Assembly: GCA_021613535.1 (NCBI GenBank)
Contig: CP075495.1
Coordinates: 744,001 to 808,000, forward strand
Direction: 5' to 3'
DNA: 64,000 nt
Source: Adineta vaga
Lineage: Eukaryota > Animalia > Rotifera
This document shows, one piece after another, positions 1-12,890 of this stretch. The first letter of the stretch is position 1, and the number at the start of each line of letters is the position of its first letter. The notes beneath the pieces were generated by a model. It was given only the letters and a program-made list of their open reading frames with translations, was not told where the DNA came from and made no database searches. Position numbers and translations under genes: made by a program.

Positions 1-156
1 TCAATGTAACAAAGTACTTTCATTTATGGAATAAATTTTCATGATGATGAACATCAAAAGAGAGAACGTGTTGAAATTGAAACGAAAAATTTGCTATTTA
101 GTTTTTATAAAGATAAAAACAATAATGTCAATTGTTGACTGAATTTACAATCTCTA

Positions 157-365
157 ATGCTTGAAAAACTTGAAGTATTCTTTATCATTTGTCTTTTCTT
201 ATCATTGAAAATGCATTCTAAACGAGTAAATAAGCAACAAGATCCACTTTTTTGTCTTGCACTTCTTCCATTATGTTTATCGATTGGAAGTTTCTTGTTT
301 TTAAATTCAGCTATAATTAGTTATATCGAAGAACGACATAATGAAAAGATTTATTTAAATACAAC
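157..365 (+). pseudogene. Truncated 5' copy of the two-TM protein gene at 18041-18658
   Basis: Positions 1-365 match 17885-18249 by eye. Homology stops after ...aaatacaac, where a repeat begins; the rest of ORF 157..438 is read-through into that repeat. Confidence 0.85.
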
Positions 366-743
366 AAGTAACGCTCGTCGTGCCGACTCACTTAACCCTC
401 GACTGCGGAGGATAGGTATTTTTAGTTTGTCTCAATAGTGAGATGAATTGATCTTGCAACTTACTATACCAGAAAACAGCTCAGATGTTATTGTTGAAAT
501 GTGTATTAACATTCGAGAACATAATATTAACTTTTTTTATAAAATCAACTTCATCCAACATCCATCTCTGTACTCCCACCCACAGTTTCATCCAACACCC
601 ATGTATCTACTCCCCGAAGATGATGATTTCAAACTAGCCTTCACTAATGTGTTTTTGACCCTTGACCTTTGACCCTGACACAATCCCACAAACAGACAAA
701 CTATTTTTTTTTATATGACCCTCCTTACAGTCGAGGGAATAAA
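363..743 (-). mobile_element. Non-autonomous Helentron/DINE-like element
   Basis: Subterminal inverted repeats ccctcgactg (~395) and cagtcgaggg (~728-737). On the minus strand the 3' end has a short hairpin gtcg-gca-cgac followed by TTACTTGTT, and the 5' end starts in a T-run. A diverged copy lies at ~25905-26203. Confidence 0.65.
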
Positions 744-770
744 TCTATTCTTGGGTTTTCGTTTTGACAG

Positions 771-1111
771 ATCGCGTTGCTTTAAATGATAATGATTCCC
801 TTTTCTTTAATCTTCGTTATTTTGAACAAGTCTATGGGAAAAAACTTACTAGCACTGTGGGAGTTAAAATCAGTTATAACTGATTTAACCGTATCAACGC
901 AGTGAGTTGAAATTAGTTATAACTGTTTTAACTAGTTTTAACTCCCACAGTGCTTATTAGTATTCAACAAGATCCAACTCCATCGAATTTCAATGTTCAG
1001 ATTATTGTGAATTTTGACTACATGGTTATATGTCACGAACTGGCACACAATAAAACACAAGAACTTAATCAAGAATTCATTGAACTTATGAAAACTATTG
1101 CTATTAAATAA
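771..1111 (+). pseudogene. Orphan 3' exon of a DUF3684-like protein (…SLFFNLRYFEQ…CHELAHN…), disrupted by a MITE
   Basis: Acceptor ttttgacag ends at 770. With the MITE and one TSD copy removed it reads RVALNDNDSLFFNLRYFEQVYGKKLTSIQQD…VICHELAHNK…IAIK*. Family assignment is from recalled motif similarity. Confidence 0.55.
853..952. mobile_element. 100-bp MITE with 17-bp perfect TIRs and an 8-bp TSD
   Basis: cactgtgggagttaaaa…ttttaactcccacagtg, flanked by cttactag (845-852) and cttattag (953-960). Confidence 0.85.
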
Positions 1112-2224
1112 ATCAGTAAAAGAGCTTCATATATTTAAAAATAAAGATTTGATTCCTAATCTTTATTCGTTTTTGTCGATGATCTCGAAGGAATAAAATA
1201 AATTCACATGTATATTTTTATAATAGGTAGACCATGGTATGCAAGAAAGAAACTCAAAATTCCAACTCAATCGAAAAGGCTATTCCAGAGATATGAGCGT
1301 TACAAATACCATGACTATCGGTTTCACGTTTTATTACAGAATTTTCAGTTTCTAAAACAAAAAAAAAGGAAATTCCACTTGCACAATATCACACACAACT
1401 TTAAATATCTTCATGATTTCGTTTTTCATGTAATTTTATTAATGATAAATTCAATTCAATCATAGAACGATAAAGACTACGATATTCTTAAAATATACAA
1501 AGCAATTCGAAGTGATAAAATTTATTAGGTTTCACAAACCGATGCAATTACAATTCAACGAGATTCATGACTCACGTCTTCAGTAAATAACGATGTGTAT
1601 AAATATATATTAACGCAGAAAAACGAAGAAAAAAAGATACATTCTAATTGAAACGAGCTCATTCAACCATAACTCAGAGTTATGACGATCAATCGAAGCA
1701 AAAAACATGCTGTGTTTCATTTGCTCGACGAACACCGAAGTATCAGCTATATTTTTTTTTCATATTATTACAGTGATTAATCAAACATCACGCAGTCAAT
1801 TACAAATGGCTCTTCGCTTATACGCCTCAGATCAACACCAATGAACACTTTATATGATTGTGTACTAACAAATAAATATTCTACTAACCTTCCCTGCGAT
1901 TCCTTGCGCCAATGATATACTTATGTCACTTCATTTTACACAATCATTCCTGCATCTTTCAAGACTTGTATGAAATTCTTCCGCCTAAAAAATTTACAAA
2001 CATTTCATATTCATTTTAAAAACCACAAAACCGTATCATCTATATCAGTATTCGAAGTTTATATTAAACATCAACAATAGCATGTTGATATGAAATGAAA
2101 CCGACCACACCGCCACCATGTTTCATTCAAACACGACTTTAATTTTACCGCTTAATGATATCCTTATCCTAGCGCTCTGTTCCTCTATCATAGACGGTCT
2201 TACTAAGAAAAATTCCTATCATTA

Positions 2225-2574
2225 AGTGAATCAGTTCCTCTTCATAGTCTCAGTCAATTGTGAAGCATTCATCTCGGAGTTGTCATCAATGTCGGCAGCT
2301 GCTCTCACTCAGATGCGTCTTCATCTTTGATGCGAGATACATTTCAGTGTTGTCATCAACTTCGGCACACGAGCACTCTCAGATGTGGCTTTGCTATTGA
2401 GTGAATTAGTTCCTCTTCATAGTCTCAGTCAATTGTGAAGCATTCATCTCGGAGTTGGCATCAATGTCGGCAGCTGCTCTCACTCAGATGCGTCTTCATC
2501 TTTGATGCGAGATACATTTCAGTGTTGTCATCAACTTCGACACACGAGCACTCTCAGATGTGGCTTTGCTATTA
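2225..2574. repeat. Tandem duplication, 2 x ~175 bp, near-identical
   Basis: agtgaatcagttcctcttcatagtctc…gctttgctatt starts at 2225 and again at 2400. Confidence 0.9.
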
Positions 2575-5089
2575 TAACGCCCCCCTCGTAAGAAATGTCA
2601 GCTGTTTTCAAAATTTCAGAATAAAGATAAATGCATAGTGAGATAGTCCGCGTTCGGCTGTTGCAGAATCACTGCTGTTTTTTATTCAGGATCTCATTTT
2701 TGAGCGAAGCTTTTGATGATTTTCACTCACTGCTTACAATAATTATGACTTTTTTTTCATAAAAAGTTGTTTTCCGTGAAAAGATAGGTTTTGTTGAGAA
2801 AAGTATCATTTTCTATGCATAAATGATTGTGCAAGCGTAGGAGATAATCGAGTGGGCGAGAGTTTATGCTATCGTGATACATTAGGATATTGACTTCGTT
2901 GGGAAAATTTTTTATTTTTCAGTGGAAAAGAAACAACTGACTTTAAGTCTCCATCTTGGGGGACTAGATTACGGTGTGCTAGCACTTGTACTGAAAATAT
3001 TAGTTCTGTCTCTTATTGACGTTCACAACACTACGCATGAACAACGAGTAGCATCTTGATGACGCATTCCAACTATATCAGAACGACTTGAGACATTTTC
3101 ACGTCGCTATTTTCGAGAAATTAGTGAACCAATATTTTGACACAGAAGTTTCTCAGTGCAAATTCCTAAATAACTTTTGGTTTTGTTTCTTAATTAGTAT
3201 CATCTAATTATTTAGAGTGGAGTACGTTGATTTTAAATACTGACATGTAACGTTCAAAATTAAAATGATAACTAGTAAAATTCATTATGAAAATTTGTTT
3301 GGTATAAAGGAAGAGCTCTTGAACATTTATCATCATATTAGCTTTATAGCACACAGAGGTAAACTAATAAGGCAACAAATAATATATCGATCCTAGCAGA
3401 TGCTATTAGTAAGAACCGATTAGTCGTATACTTGCTCCTTCATTATGCACAGTAGATAGATCCTTGAGTAATCAATTGAAGAAGAAAAACTTGTACAACA
3501 GCACCTTTTTACCTTTTCTAACAGCGCATTGATTTTTCAAAAATGATATTGATTTCATTATATATAACTAATTTGAACAAAACCAAGGTAGGTACATGTA
3601 AAAATGCATTCTTGCAGTACGGCATACATTTTCCCATAAACTCTGATATGTTTAGATTTGATACGATCATGTAGAGAATGTGTGCATAGATCAATGTTAC
3701 AGTGTGAACGCATGATTTTGTATTATTTTCCCTGTTTATGTTAACAAGCGTAAACCGATTTTAGCAGGTAGAAACTACAGATCAATGCTCGTATCTAGCA
3801 TAATGCAATGCATCGGATGCATCTAATTTTTGACATCCACTTTGGCTTTTTCTTGATAGTTTCCGTTTTTGTTTCCATGATTCGATTTATATGACAACCG
3901 ATCAAATTGTAAAGATTCTAATACCGATTGTATGAAAAACGATGGCCTTTCTAATAACTCAACCATTTTTCCAGTTTTTTTGAACTTATGAATTTGCTAC
4001 TCACTTTTTCAAAGCTATAGTAAGAATGAAACTTTTCTCGAATCAGCCACTAGCCCTTCAAGTTGACTATAATGCATGTTTGAAACGTTTTTGAACTCCA
4101 TACCTTTTATTTTATAGAACCACACTACAAGCACTCATTCTGCTGATCAGAAGTAGATTAACGATAAGGATATCACTCGAGAGAAAAGGCTCAGATCTGT
4201 AAACTATGTTGAACGTTTAATAAATCTAAAAAATTTGTATACTAGAAAAAAGACGCCGTTTCACTGTGGTTTGCTCATTGATTTGTTCAGATATATTCAA
4301 AAACTCATTTTACGCACATAAAAACCGCGCTGGAGATATCATCTTAAAATCTTAGTAAAGCTAAAAACCGTTGCAACCATATTAGTTTTCAACAGTATTA
4401 CATATAAAACATGGCTTTTCAATACGTGCACAGAAAAAAAAACTATTCGCTGTTTGAACAATGGTTTTTTGCACCTTTTAATAGGTTTGAGTCAACTTTG
4501 CAAGGGGAAACTTGCACAGAGTGAACGTCAGTGATGCGCTAATCGATGATAAACAGCATTAATATGATGATATTAGCAGACCATGTGACCTGAAAGAAAG
4601 CTGAACAGAATAGCAAAAGAACGATGAAAAGGATGACCTCATCGCAGCACTCGAACCAAGTGCCTTCTGTTATCACGACAAGTGTTCTAAGATAGTCAGA
4701 CAAAAGCAATATCTTTTCTGCATCTTATGTATCCCATTTCACTCTTGTGAGTCACATTATAGATTCGTTTCTTTCTTTTTTTTCTATGTCCTTGAGGAAC
4801 GAAATCACTCCCATCAAGCCGTGATATGTTTTGTGAGTAGTGTGTTTTATTTGGTTGACTTCAGCAAAGACAAAACCTCGGTTCGTTGATCACGGAGAAA
4901 ATGGTTGTTTGAAGAGAGAAAGCAAATAAATCCTCTTTTCTTCCTTCAAAAGAATCCCGCTTTCTGGTTGAATGCACAGCTTCTACCACTGATAGTATAA
5001 AACACAAAATATTTTCTATTAGTCCACACGTACAATCTTACTTTCATCAAACAGCCAACAACATCAAATCAACAGGATCATCTTCCATT

Positions 5090-8000
5090 ATGATACTGAT
5101 TGCGGCTATCGTTACCATTGTCATCGTTGCTGTGCAGCCCTCGAATGCAAGAAGTCGTTCTTACGTTGAGCCGTCACTTCGAGACTGGGATAGCGACCAT
5201 GGCAACTATATACAGAATTATCAGCGTTTACGAAATGTTATCGAAGAGAAAGATGAAGATACAGATCTGTTTGAACAACTTCGCTATTTAATGGAGAAGC
5301 GTCAAGCAGCGACAAGTAAGATTCTCGCATTCACACGGAGCATTTTTCTTTTGTAAACAAGATTAAATGAGTAATTCCAATGATAATTAGCATGTCTGCA
5401 GTTGTTTTTCAACCGAATACACGTATATCATGTCTCAGAAAATGAAAAATTAGAATAGTTCAAAACAAAATACACTTAGATCTTCTCTTCAAAAGCGATC
5501 TTGGCATAGTATTGCGATAACTCTTTAGCCCTCATTGTGCTTAATCAGGAGATCTCTCATATTCTTTCATTACCGGATGCAAGAATGCGTTTTTTTTATT
5601 AAAATTTATGTGAATTGAATTAGAATCATAGGGTTACATCTATAGCTTCCTTTAGTTAATGTCTCGAAAGGTAACAAGACAAAATTGTTCTTAAATTCTA
5701 GAAAACATGGTGAGGCTTTGCTTTCCCTTGAGTTTTTGAAAAATGTTTGACAACGTGGCTCTCACAGTTACATGATGAAACTCTGCATCGTGACTTCATG
5801 AATACGATGACAAGCAAAAAAATCTCAAAGAACTCACCACAAAGTATAAATAAACTTGCAATAAGACGTCGATCTCTTCAACGAAATATCACAATGTTTA
5901 ACTAACAAGTTCTTGAGGGTGTTGGTGATGGTGTTACACCTTTAATCACACCCATCCTAAGTCTTATCGAGTCCGACTATCTGAAGTCATCAGAATGAGC
6001 AAAATACTGTCGGTTTCCGACTAACGGATCCGAAAAAGTTGAGTTCGATCTGGATGGAGACCTGCAAACAGAACAGTAATCAATCACTACAACAGCGAAA
6101 GACAACTTAATCTAGGTTTCATAGAATATAATGGTTTTTTCATCATCAGGCGTCTAGTAATGTAATTGTCTAGTGATGATAATAATATTCCAACCTTAGT
6201 GGATATATTCTAGTTATATATTTCCCATGATTTCAAGTGACCATTTTTGTCCATTTATAATTATAGCACTCATCGACAAAAAGCCTTGCATAGAAATAAG
6301 ACGAGGATCAACCATGTCTGGAGCGGAACCTGCGCCGGCTAAACAAGTGACATTCGTCAGAGATTGTATGGCGTATTGTGATTCGATACCAAATTGTGTA
6401 GCATGGGATTTTTACTATGGCAATCCTACTGGGACAGGATCCTGTCAGCCGAAAGGACCTGGAAAACCCACAACAGGTTCTAACACTGCTTATCTATCTG
6501 GATATTGTGACAGTTCACAAGGTATGTAACACAGTTTTAAGTTTTGATAAACATTTTAGCATTATTATATGCGATCAGTAACTAACAACGAGTTGCTGTA
6601 TTCGAGTGAATCGCAAACTTCTTGTGGCAACTTCTGTCAATGAGAAAGTGGGGTTCATTATTTGAAATAGGACGTAACGAAGTATCTTCTTATTCATGAA
6701 CAGAAGTGCAAAAGTAGACTAACTATAGCTAATGATCGTATCGCAAGAGAGGATTATCTCAAAAGCAAATGAAACTCATCGTTAAGTGCTAATAAAAGAA
6801 GAATGATTTGGAAAAAGGTATCCTCAAACAGCTGTTGCACATATTGGGAAAAGTTAGTTGGTTTCTGATTACATACAACCATACGGTTTAGTAGTGCAAT
6901 ATTAAATAGAACAGAATCCGATGGAATTTCCGATTAATAGAATATTTAGGTACAGTTCATTCGGAGTTATTTTCTGAATTCACTTAGTACAATCCAGGAC
7001 CTAAAATTAATCGATATTCTGACTATCGTCTGTGAAAAGTAAAGCACGGATCATGCTTTAAAATTTCCCAGAAATTAGATTCATCTATTACTAGTCGGTA
7101 TTTGAGATCATAATTGATAGTGCATTTCTCAGACTATACAGAAACCGTTAGAAAACGTAATTTGAACGATCATTCGGTTTTGATTATTTTTTAAACTTCT
7201 ATCCAGCGGTTAACAAAACGGCATAGTCGCCGACGTACATAGTCTTAAATGTTTTCGTATTTTTTCATCAGTATTACACCGACTCAGACTGTTCGAACTC
7301 GTCGGAAAGTTTAGAATATCGACGGTTTCCAAAATTTGCATCTGACTTGGTGAGTTTGATTTACATAGGCAGCTTGTGAGATTACTGTTCATAATAGCAA
7401 CCAGTCAGTCCAACAGTAGAAGGCAACTTACGTTACACTTCATAGAATATAATGGTTTTTTCATCATCAGGCGTCTAGTAATGTAATTGTCTAGCGATGA
7501 TAATAATATTCCAGCCTTAGTGGATATATTTTAGTTGTATATTTCCCATGATTTCAAGTGACCATTTTTGTCCATTTATAATTATAGCACTCATCGACAA
7601 AAAGCCTTGCATAGAAATAAGACAAGGATCAACCATGGATGGAGCGGAACCTGCGCCGGCCAAAGTAGTGGCAAACGTCAGCGAATGTATGGCATATTGT
7701 GATTCGATAACAAATTGTGTAGCATGGGATTTTTCCAATCGCAATCCTGCTGGGATAGGCGCCTGTCAGCCGAAAGGACCTGGAAAACCGATAACAGGTT
7801 CTAACACTGCTTATCTATCTGGATATTGTGACAGTTCACAAGGTATGTAACACAGTTTTAAGTTTCGATGAACGTTTTAGCATTATTATATGCGATCAGT
7901 AACTAACAACGAGTTGATGTATTCGAGTGAATCCCAAACTTTACGTAGCAACTTCTGTCAATGAGAAAGTGGGGTTCATTATTTGAAATAGGACGTAACG

Positions 8001-11000
8001 AAGTATCTTCTTATTCATGAACAGAAGTGCAAAAGTAGACTAACTATAACTAATGATCGTATCGCAAGAGAGGATTATCTCAAAATCAAATGAAACTCAT
8101 CGTTAAGTGCTAATAAAAGAAGAATGATCTGGAAAAAGTTATCTTCTAATAGCTGTTGCACATTACCGGTTATATGAATGAACTAGCTGAGAGGACCTGT
8201 CGAATCAAAATGAACCATTCGCGTCGGTTCATTTCGCTTTACACCTGGCTTACGAGAAGAGAGACGAAGACCGTTGAGACACGTACAGTTCAGAAAGCAG
8301 TTACACATATTGGGAAAAATTAGTTGACTTCTGATTACATACAACCATACGGTTTTAGTAGTGGAATATTAAATAGAACAGAATCCGATGGAATTTCCGG
8401 TTAATAGAATATTTAGGTACAGTTCATTCGGAGTTATTTTCTGAATTCACTTAGTACAATCCAGGATCCTAAAATTAATCGATATTCTGACTATCGTCTG
8501 TGAAAAGTAAAGCACGGATCACGCTTTAAAATTTCCCAGAAATTAGATTCATCTATTACTAGTCGGTATTTGAGATCATAACTGATAGTGCATTTCTCAG
8601 ACTATACAGAAACCGTTAGAAAACGTAATTTGAACGATCATTCGGTTTCGATTGTTTTTCAAACTTCTATCCAGCGGTTAACAAAACGGCATAGTCGCCG
8701 ACGTACATAGTCTTAAATGTTGTCGTATTTATGGATGCAACGGTAACGGTTGTCCACTGCCTCACCGTAGACAATTAACCGCTCTGAAACAAGAACTGTT
8801 ATAGAAGAAAAAACAGTTTAACAAAAACCGGGATATAGGAAAAAGCAGTTTAACGTTAATCGATACATAAGAAAAAGTCAGTTAACAAAAATCGTTTAAT
8901 TTACCAAAGTGGTTTGACGATAACCGATACAGATCGGTTAACGATTTATCAAAAACCGCATTGAATTTAACGGTAACCGGTTTGAATCGATAACCGTTTA
9001 TAATTCAGGGATCAGGCATATGTAGCAGTAACAACTAGATTTAAGAAAATCATTATTGAAGTTCTTATGTTTCTCTTGCGACCCTCATAGTATCGAAAAC
9101 CAATTTATTATTGATATTATTTGTAGAATTCTTTTATAGTCAAGATGAGACATTGTTTTTCGATTGATTCTTATGAATTATTAATCGGTACAAGTAATGT
9201 AATGATTACTTTAACATTGTATTTCAAGTTATGGCTAGAATATGCGCTTGATGATATCAGTCTTGACATATGGACTCGATTTGAAGCTATGCACATATGA
9301 AGTTTAATAAGAGACAAATGGATGCAAAGTTTTAGAAGAAAACTTTTCTGATAATATTCGTGAGTAATTAAGAGCAACCGTTTAGATGATAAAATGTTTC
9401 TCTAATGCATTGCTAACTTACATACTTTTGACTCACTATCAATTACGTATCTATTGCTGCTTCTGTTTCGCTTAACGCTAAGACTGGTACTAGAACATCT
9501 CCAAATAAACGAAGCAAACGTTTCTTTTGTAAAATGAAAATCACTTTGCCATCCAAAGTATTCTGTACTAAGATTCTCAACAAAAAATCGTCTAGTAATA
9601 TCATGAATGTTATCTCGTTGAACTCCTTTAAAAAATTTCTTTATTTTTATCCGAAGTTTCAAGTATATTGTGAGAAATATTTACGAAAAATAAATCTTTG
9701 ATCTTGTTTTATGCATTTTCCTGCGATCTTAAGCTTTAGAAAAGCACCTAATAATATATCTAAGTAAATGTTTACTATTCAACAAGATTCGCTTGAATAT
9801 ATGAAGTAGTTTATACTACTATGTACTCCCAAACAATGCAGAACATTTGTAAATATTACCATATCATAGTACATTATATTGAATATGTATAATAAGAAAT
9901 ACGGTTACCGATTCATGACGGTTATCGATTCACCGTTTATTCTTCCGGTCCCGGTTATCGTTACATCAATTATTCCATCACACCGGTTAACTTCACCGGT
10001 ATTTTTCTCGTAGACCGGTTTTCGTTAAACTGCTTTTTCCTATCCATCGATTTTTGATAAATAATTTCACCGAAACGGCGGTTATTGTTACCGTTGTATC
10101 CCTACTCGTATTTGTTCATCGGTATTATACCGACTCAGACTGTTCGAACTCGTCAGAAAGTTTAGAATATCGACGGTTTTCAAAATTTGCATCTGACTTG
10201 GTGAGTTTGATTTACATCGGCAGCTTGTGAGATTACTGTTCATAATAGCAACCAGTCAGTCCAACAGTAGAAGGCAACTTACGTTACACTTCATAGAATA
10301 TAATGGTTTTTTCATCATGAGGCGTCTAGTAATGTAATTGTCTAGCGATGATAATAATATTCCGACCTTAGTGTATATATTTTAGTTGTATATTTCCCAT
10401 GATTTCAAGTGACCATTTTTGTCCATTTATAATTATAGCACCCATCGACAAAAAGCCTTGTGTAGAAATAAGACAAGGATCATACATGACTGGAGCGGAA
10501 CCTGTGCCGGCCAAACAAGTGGCAAACGTCAAAGAATGTATGGCATATTGTGATTCGATACCAACTTGTGTAGCATGGCAGTATTACAATAGCAATCGTA
10601 ATGAGCAGGGATCCTGTCAGCCGAAGGGACACGTCAAACCCACAACAGGTTCTAATGCTTCTTATATATCTGGATATTGTGACAGTAAACAAGGTATGTA
10701 ACACAGTTTTAAGTTTCGATAAACGTTTTAGCATTCTGTTTTTATCGAAATGGTAAAGAAAACGTTTTTCCTCTACTTCGTAATAAGCCTGAATACGTTA
10801 TAATTTTCCGTTAAACATAACAAATTTAAAATTGTGATGCATCTCAATGAAAGATTCTCCATGCGCGAATAGAGCAAATTCGAGAAAAGGTTTTGTTCAG
10901 GTAAATTTACAGTATATTAAAAAGCATGTTCACTCTTTTTCTTTATACTTCAAAAAGCGGCGCAAAATAGTTCATATGGAAAGCACTGCTTTCAGACAGT

Positions 11001-12307
11001 CCGTTTTACAGCACTGAAGTGTTGATCGAATATAATTTCATAGTTACTCGTTCGAAGAGCTCTTTTTATAAGATTTTTGTAGAGAATTTCCCGGGCTCTC
11101 TTTTGAAAAATAATTCAAGTCAATCGGATCGAAATTGGTTGCACAATGGCCAAAATAAAAGGGTACTTTTTTTTCTAGTCCACCCGTTATAATTAATGAT
11201 CGTATCGCAAGAGAGGATTATCTCAAAAGCAAATGAAACTCATCGTTAAGTGCTAATAAAAAGAAGAATGATTTGGAAAAAGGTATCCTCAAACAGCTGT
11301 TGCACATATTGGGAAAAATTAGTTGGTTTCTGATTACATACAACCATACGGTTTAATAGTGGAATATTAAATAGAAGAGAATCCGATGGAATTTCCGATT
11401 AATAGAATATTTAGGTACAGTCCATTCGGAGTTATTTTCTGAATTCACTTAGTACAATCCAGGATCCTAAAATTAATCGATATTCTGACTATCGTCTGTG
11501 AAAAGTAAAGCACGGATCATGCTTTAAAATTTCCCAGAAATTAGATTCATCTATTATTAGTCGGTATTTGAGATCATAACTGATAGTGCATTTCTCAGAC
11601 TATACAGAAACCGTTAGAAAACGTAATTTGAACGATCATTCGGTTTTGATTATTTTTTAAACTTCTATCCAGCGGTTAACAAAACGGCGTAGTCGCCGAC
11701 GTACATAGTCTTAAATGTTTTCGTATTTTTTCATCAGTATTACACCGACTCAGACTGTTCGAACTCGTCAGAAAGTTTAGAATATCGACGGTTTTCAAAA
11801 TTTGCATCTGACTTGGTGAGTTTGATTTACATCGGCAGCTTGTGAGATTACTGTTCATAATAGCAACCAGTCAGTCCAACAGTAGAAGGCAACTTACGTT
11901 ACACTTCATAGAATATAATGGTTTTTTCATCATGAGGCGTCTAGTAATGTAATTGTCTAGCGATGATAATAATATTCCAACCTTAGTGGATATATTCTAG
12001 TTGTATATTTCCCATGATTTCAAGTGACCATTTTTGTCCATTTATAATTATAGCACTCATCGACAAAAAGCCTTGCATAGAAATTAGACAAAGCTCATAC
12101 ATGAGTGGAGCGGAACCTGTGCTGCCCAAACAAGTGGCAAACGTCAGCGAATGTATGGCGTATTGTGACTCAGTACCAAATTGTGTAGCATGGGATTTTT
12201 ACAATGGCAATCCTGGTGGGTCAGGATCCTGTCAGCCAAAAGGACCTTGCAAACCCTCAATAAATTATGATGCTGCTTATCTATCCGGATATTGTGACAG
12301 TACATAA
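5090..12307 (+). CDS. Secreted prepro-protein with four PAN/apple-like domains; exons 5090-5315, 6267-6521, 7588-7842, 10439-10693, 12054-12307
   Basis: Exon 1 encodes a signal peptide, an acidic propeptide and KR|QAAT, and ends at a phase-1 donor A|gtaag. Repeat exons are 255 nt, phase 1-1 (ttatag|CA…CAAG|gtatgt), with the 6-Cys pattern C…CxxxCxxxxxCxxW…C…SGxC. The last repeat ends in TAA. Confidence 0.75.
8730..10104. mobile_element. hAT-like non-autonomous DNA transposon in array unit 2
   Basis: TIRs tatggatgcaacggtaac / gttaccgttgtatcccta. TSD gtcgtatt (8722-8729) / ctcgtatt (10105-10112). Dense AACCG/CGGTT subterminal motifs. Units 1 and 3 show the empty site. Confidence 0.85.
10736..11190. 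mobile_element. Transposon fragment with a Tc1/mariner-like right end, replacing ~165 bp of array unit 3
   Basis: Absent from the other units; ends …ttttttctagtccacccgtta. No left TIR, and the adjacent unit sequence is deleted. Confidence 0.5.
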
Positions 12308-12890
12308 GGTATGTAACACAGTTTTAAGTTTTGATGAACATTTTAGCAGTATTATATGCGATCAGTAACTATTAACGAGTTGATGTATTCGAGTGAATCC
12401 CAAACTTTACGTAGCAACTTCTGTCAATGAGAAAGTGGGGTTCATTATTTGAAATAGGACGTAACGAAGTATCTTCTTATTCATGAACAGAAGTGCAAAA
12501 GTAGACTAACTATAACTAATGATCGTATCGCAAGAGAGGATTATCTCAAAATCAAATGAAACTCATCGCTAAGTGCTAATGAAAATAAAAATGATCTGAA
12601 AAAAGGTATCTTCTAATAGCTGTTGCACATTACCGTTTATGTGAACTGGCTGAGAGAACCAGTAGAAACAGAATAAATCATTCGTGCCAGTTCATTTGGT
12701 TCATTGCTTGCTAAAGAGAAGGGAGTTATGCACCGCTTGGTTCGGAATGACTATGCCACGATTTTGAGAAAATATCTAGTGACAGCCCATTCGGACTTTT
12801 GTTTTTATGTGCGCCTGTCTTTTCTTATTTGTTCCGTTTGCATAGAAACCAAACGGTATTTTTGACAGGTATCTTGATATTATTGAGAAG

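Larger units (their letters stand above)
6118..12630 (+). repeat. Tandem array of four ~1.3-kb intron+exon units
   Basis: The block catagaatataatggttttttcatcat… recurs at ~6120, ~7441, ~10292 and ~11907, with highly similar intron sequence. Units 2 and 3 carry later insertions. Confidence 0.92.

Noticed and set aside
448-672. 74-aa ORF
   Set aside because: Lies wholly inside the Helentron-like repeat and starts at TTG.
853-952. CACTGTG/CACAGTG ends as RAG/Transib recombination-signal-like termini
   Set aside because: No nonamer at 12/23 spacing, and the TSD is 8 bp, not the 5 bp of Transib.
2225-2590. LTR with polypurine tract (minus strand gagggggg followed by cgttata)
   Set aside because: No TG…CA ends, second LTR or gag/pol found; kept only as a tandem repeat.
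6227-6266. MISSDHFCPFIIIA as an N-terminal signal of four independent 100-aa genes
   Set aside because: It is translated intron upstream of the ttatag acceptor, and the terminal GM* is the gtatgtaa donor. The exon model fits phase with the leader exon.
9402-9662. ORF as a hAT transposase dimerisation-domain remnant
   Set aside because: Resemblance (SSTSLSVKR vs PATSxxxER) is too weak to call by eye.
6118-12630. CRISPR-like or diversity-generating-retroelement-like array
   Set aside because: Units are kb-scale intron-exon duplications; there is no RT or cas gene, and substitutions are not adenine-specific.
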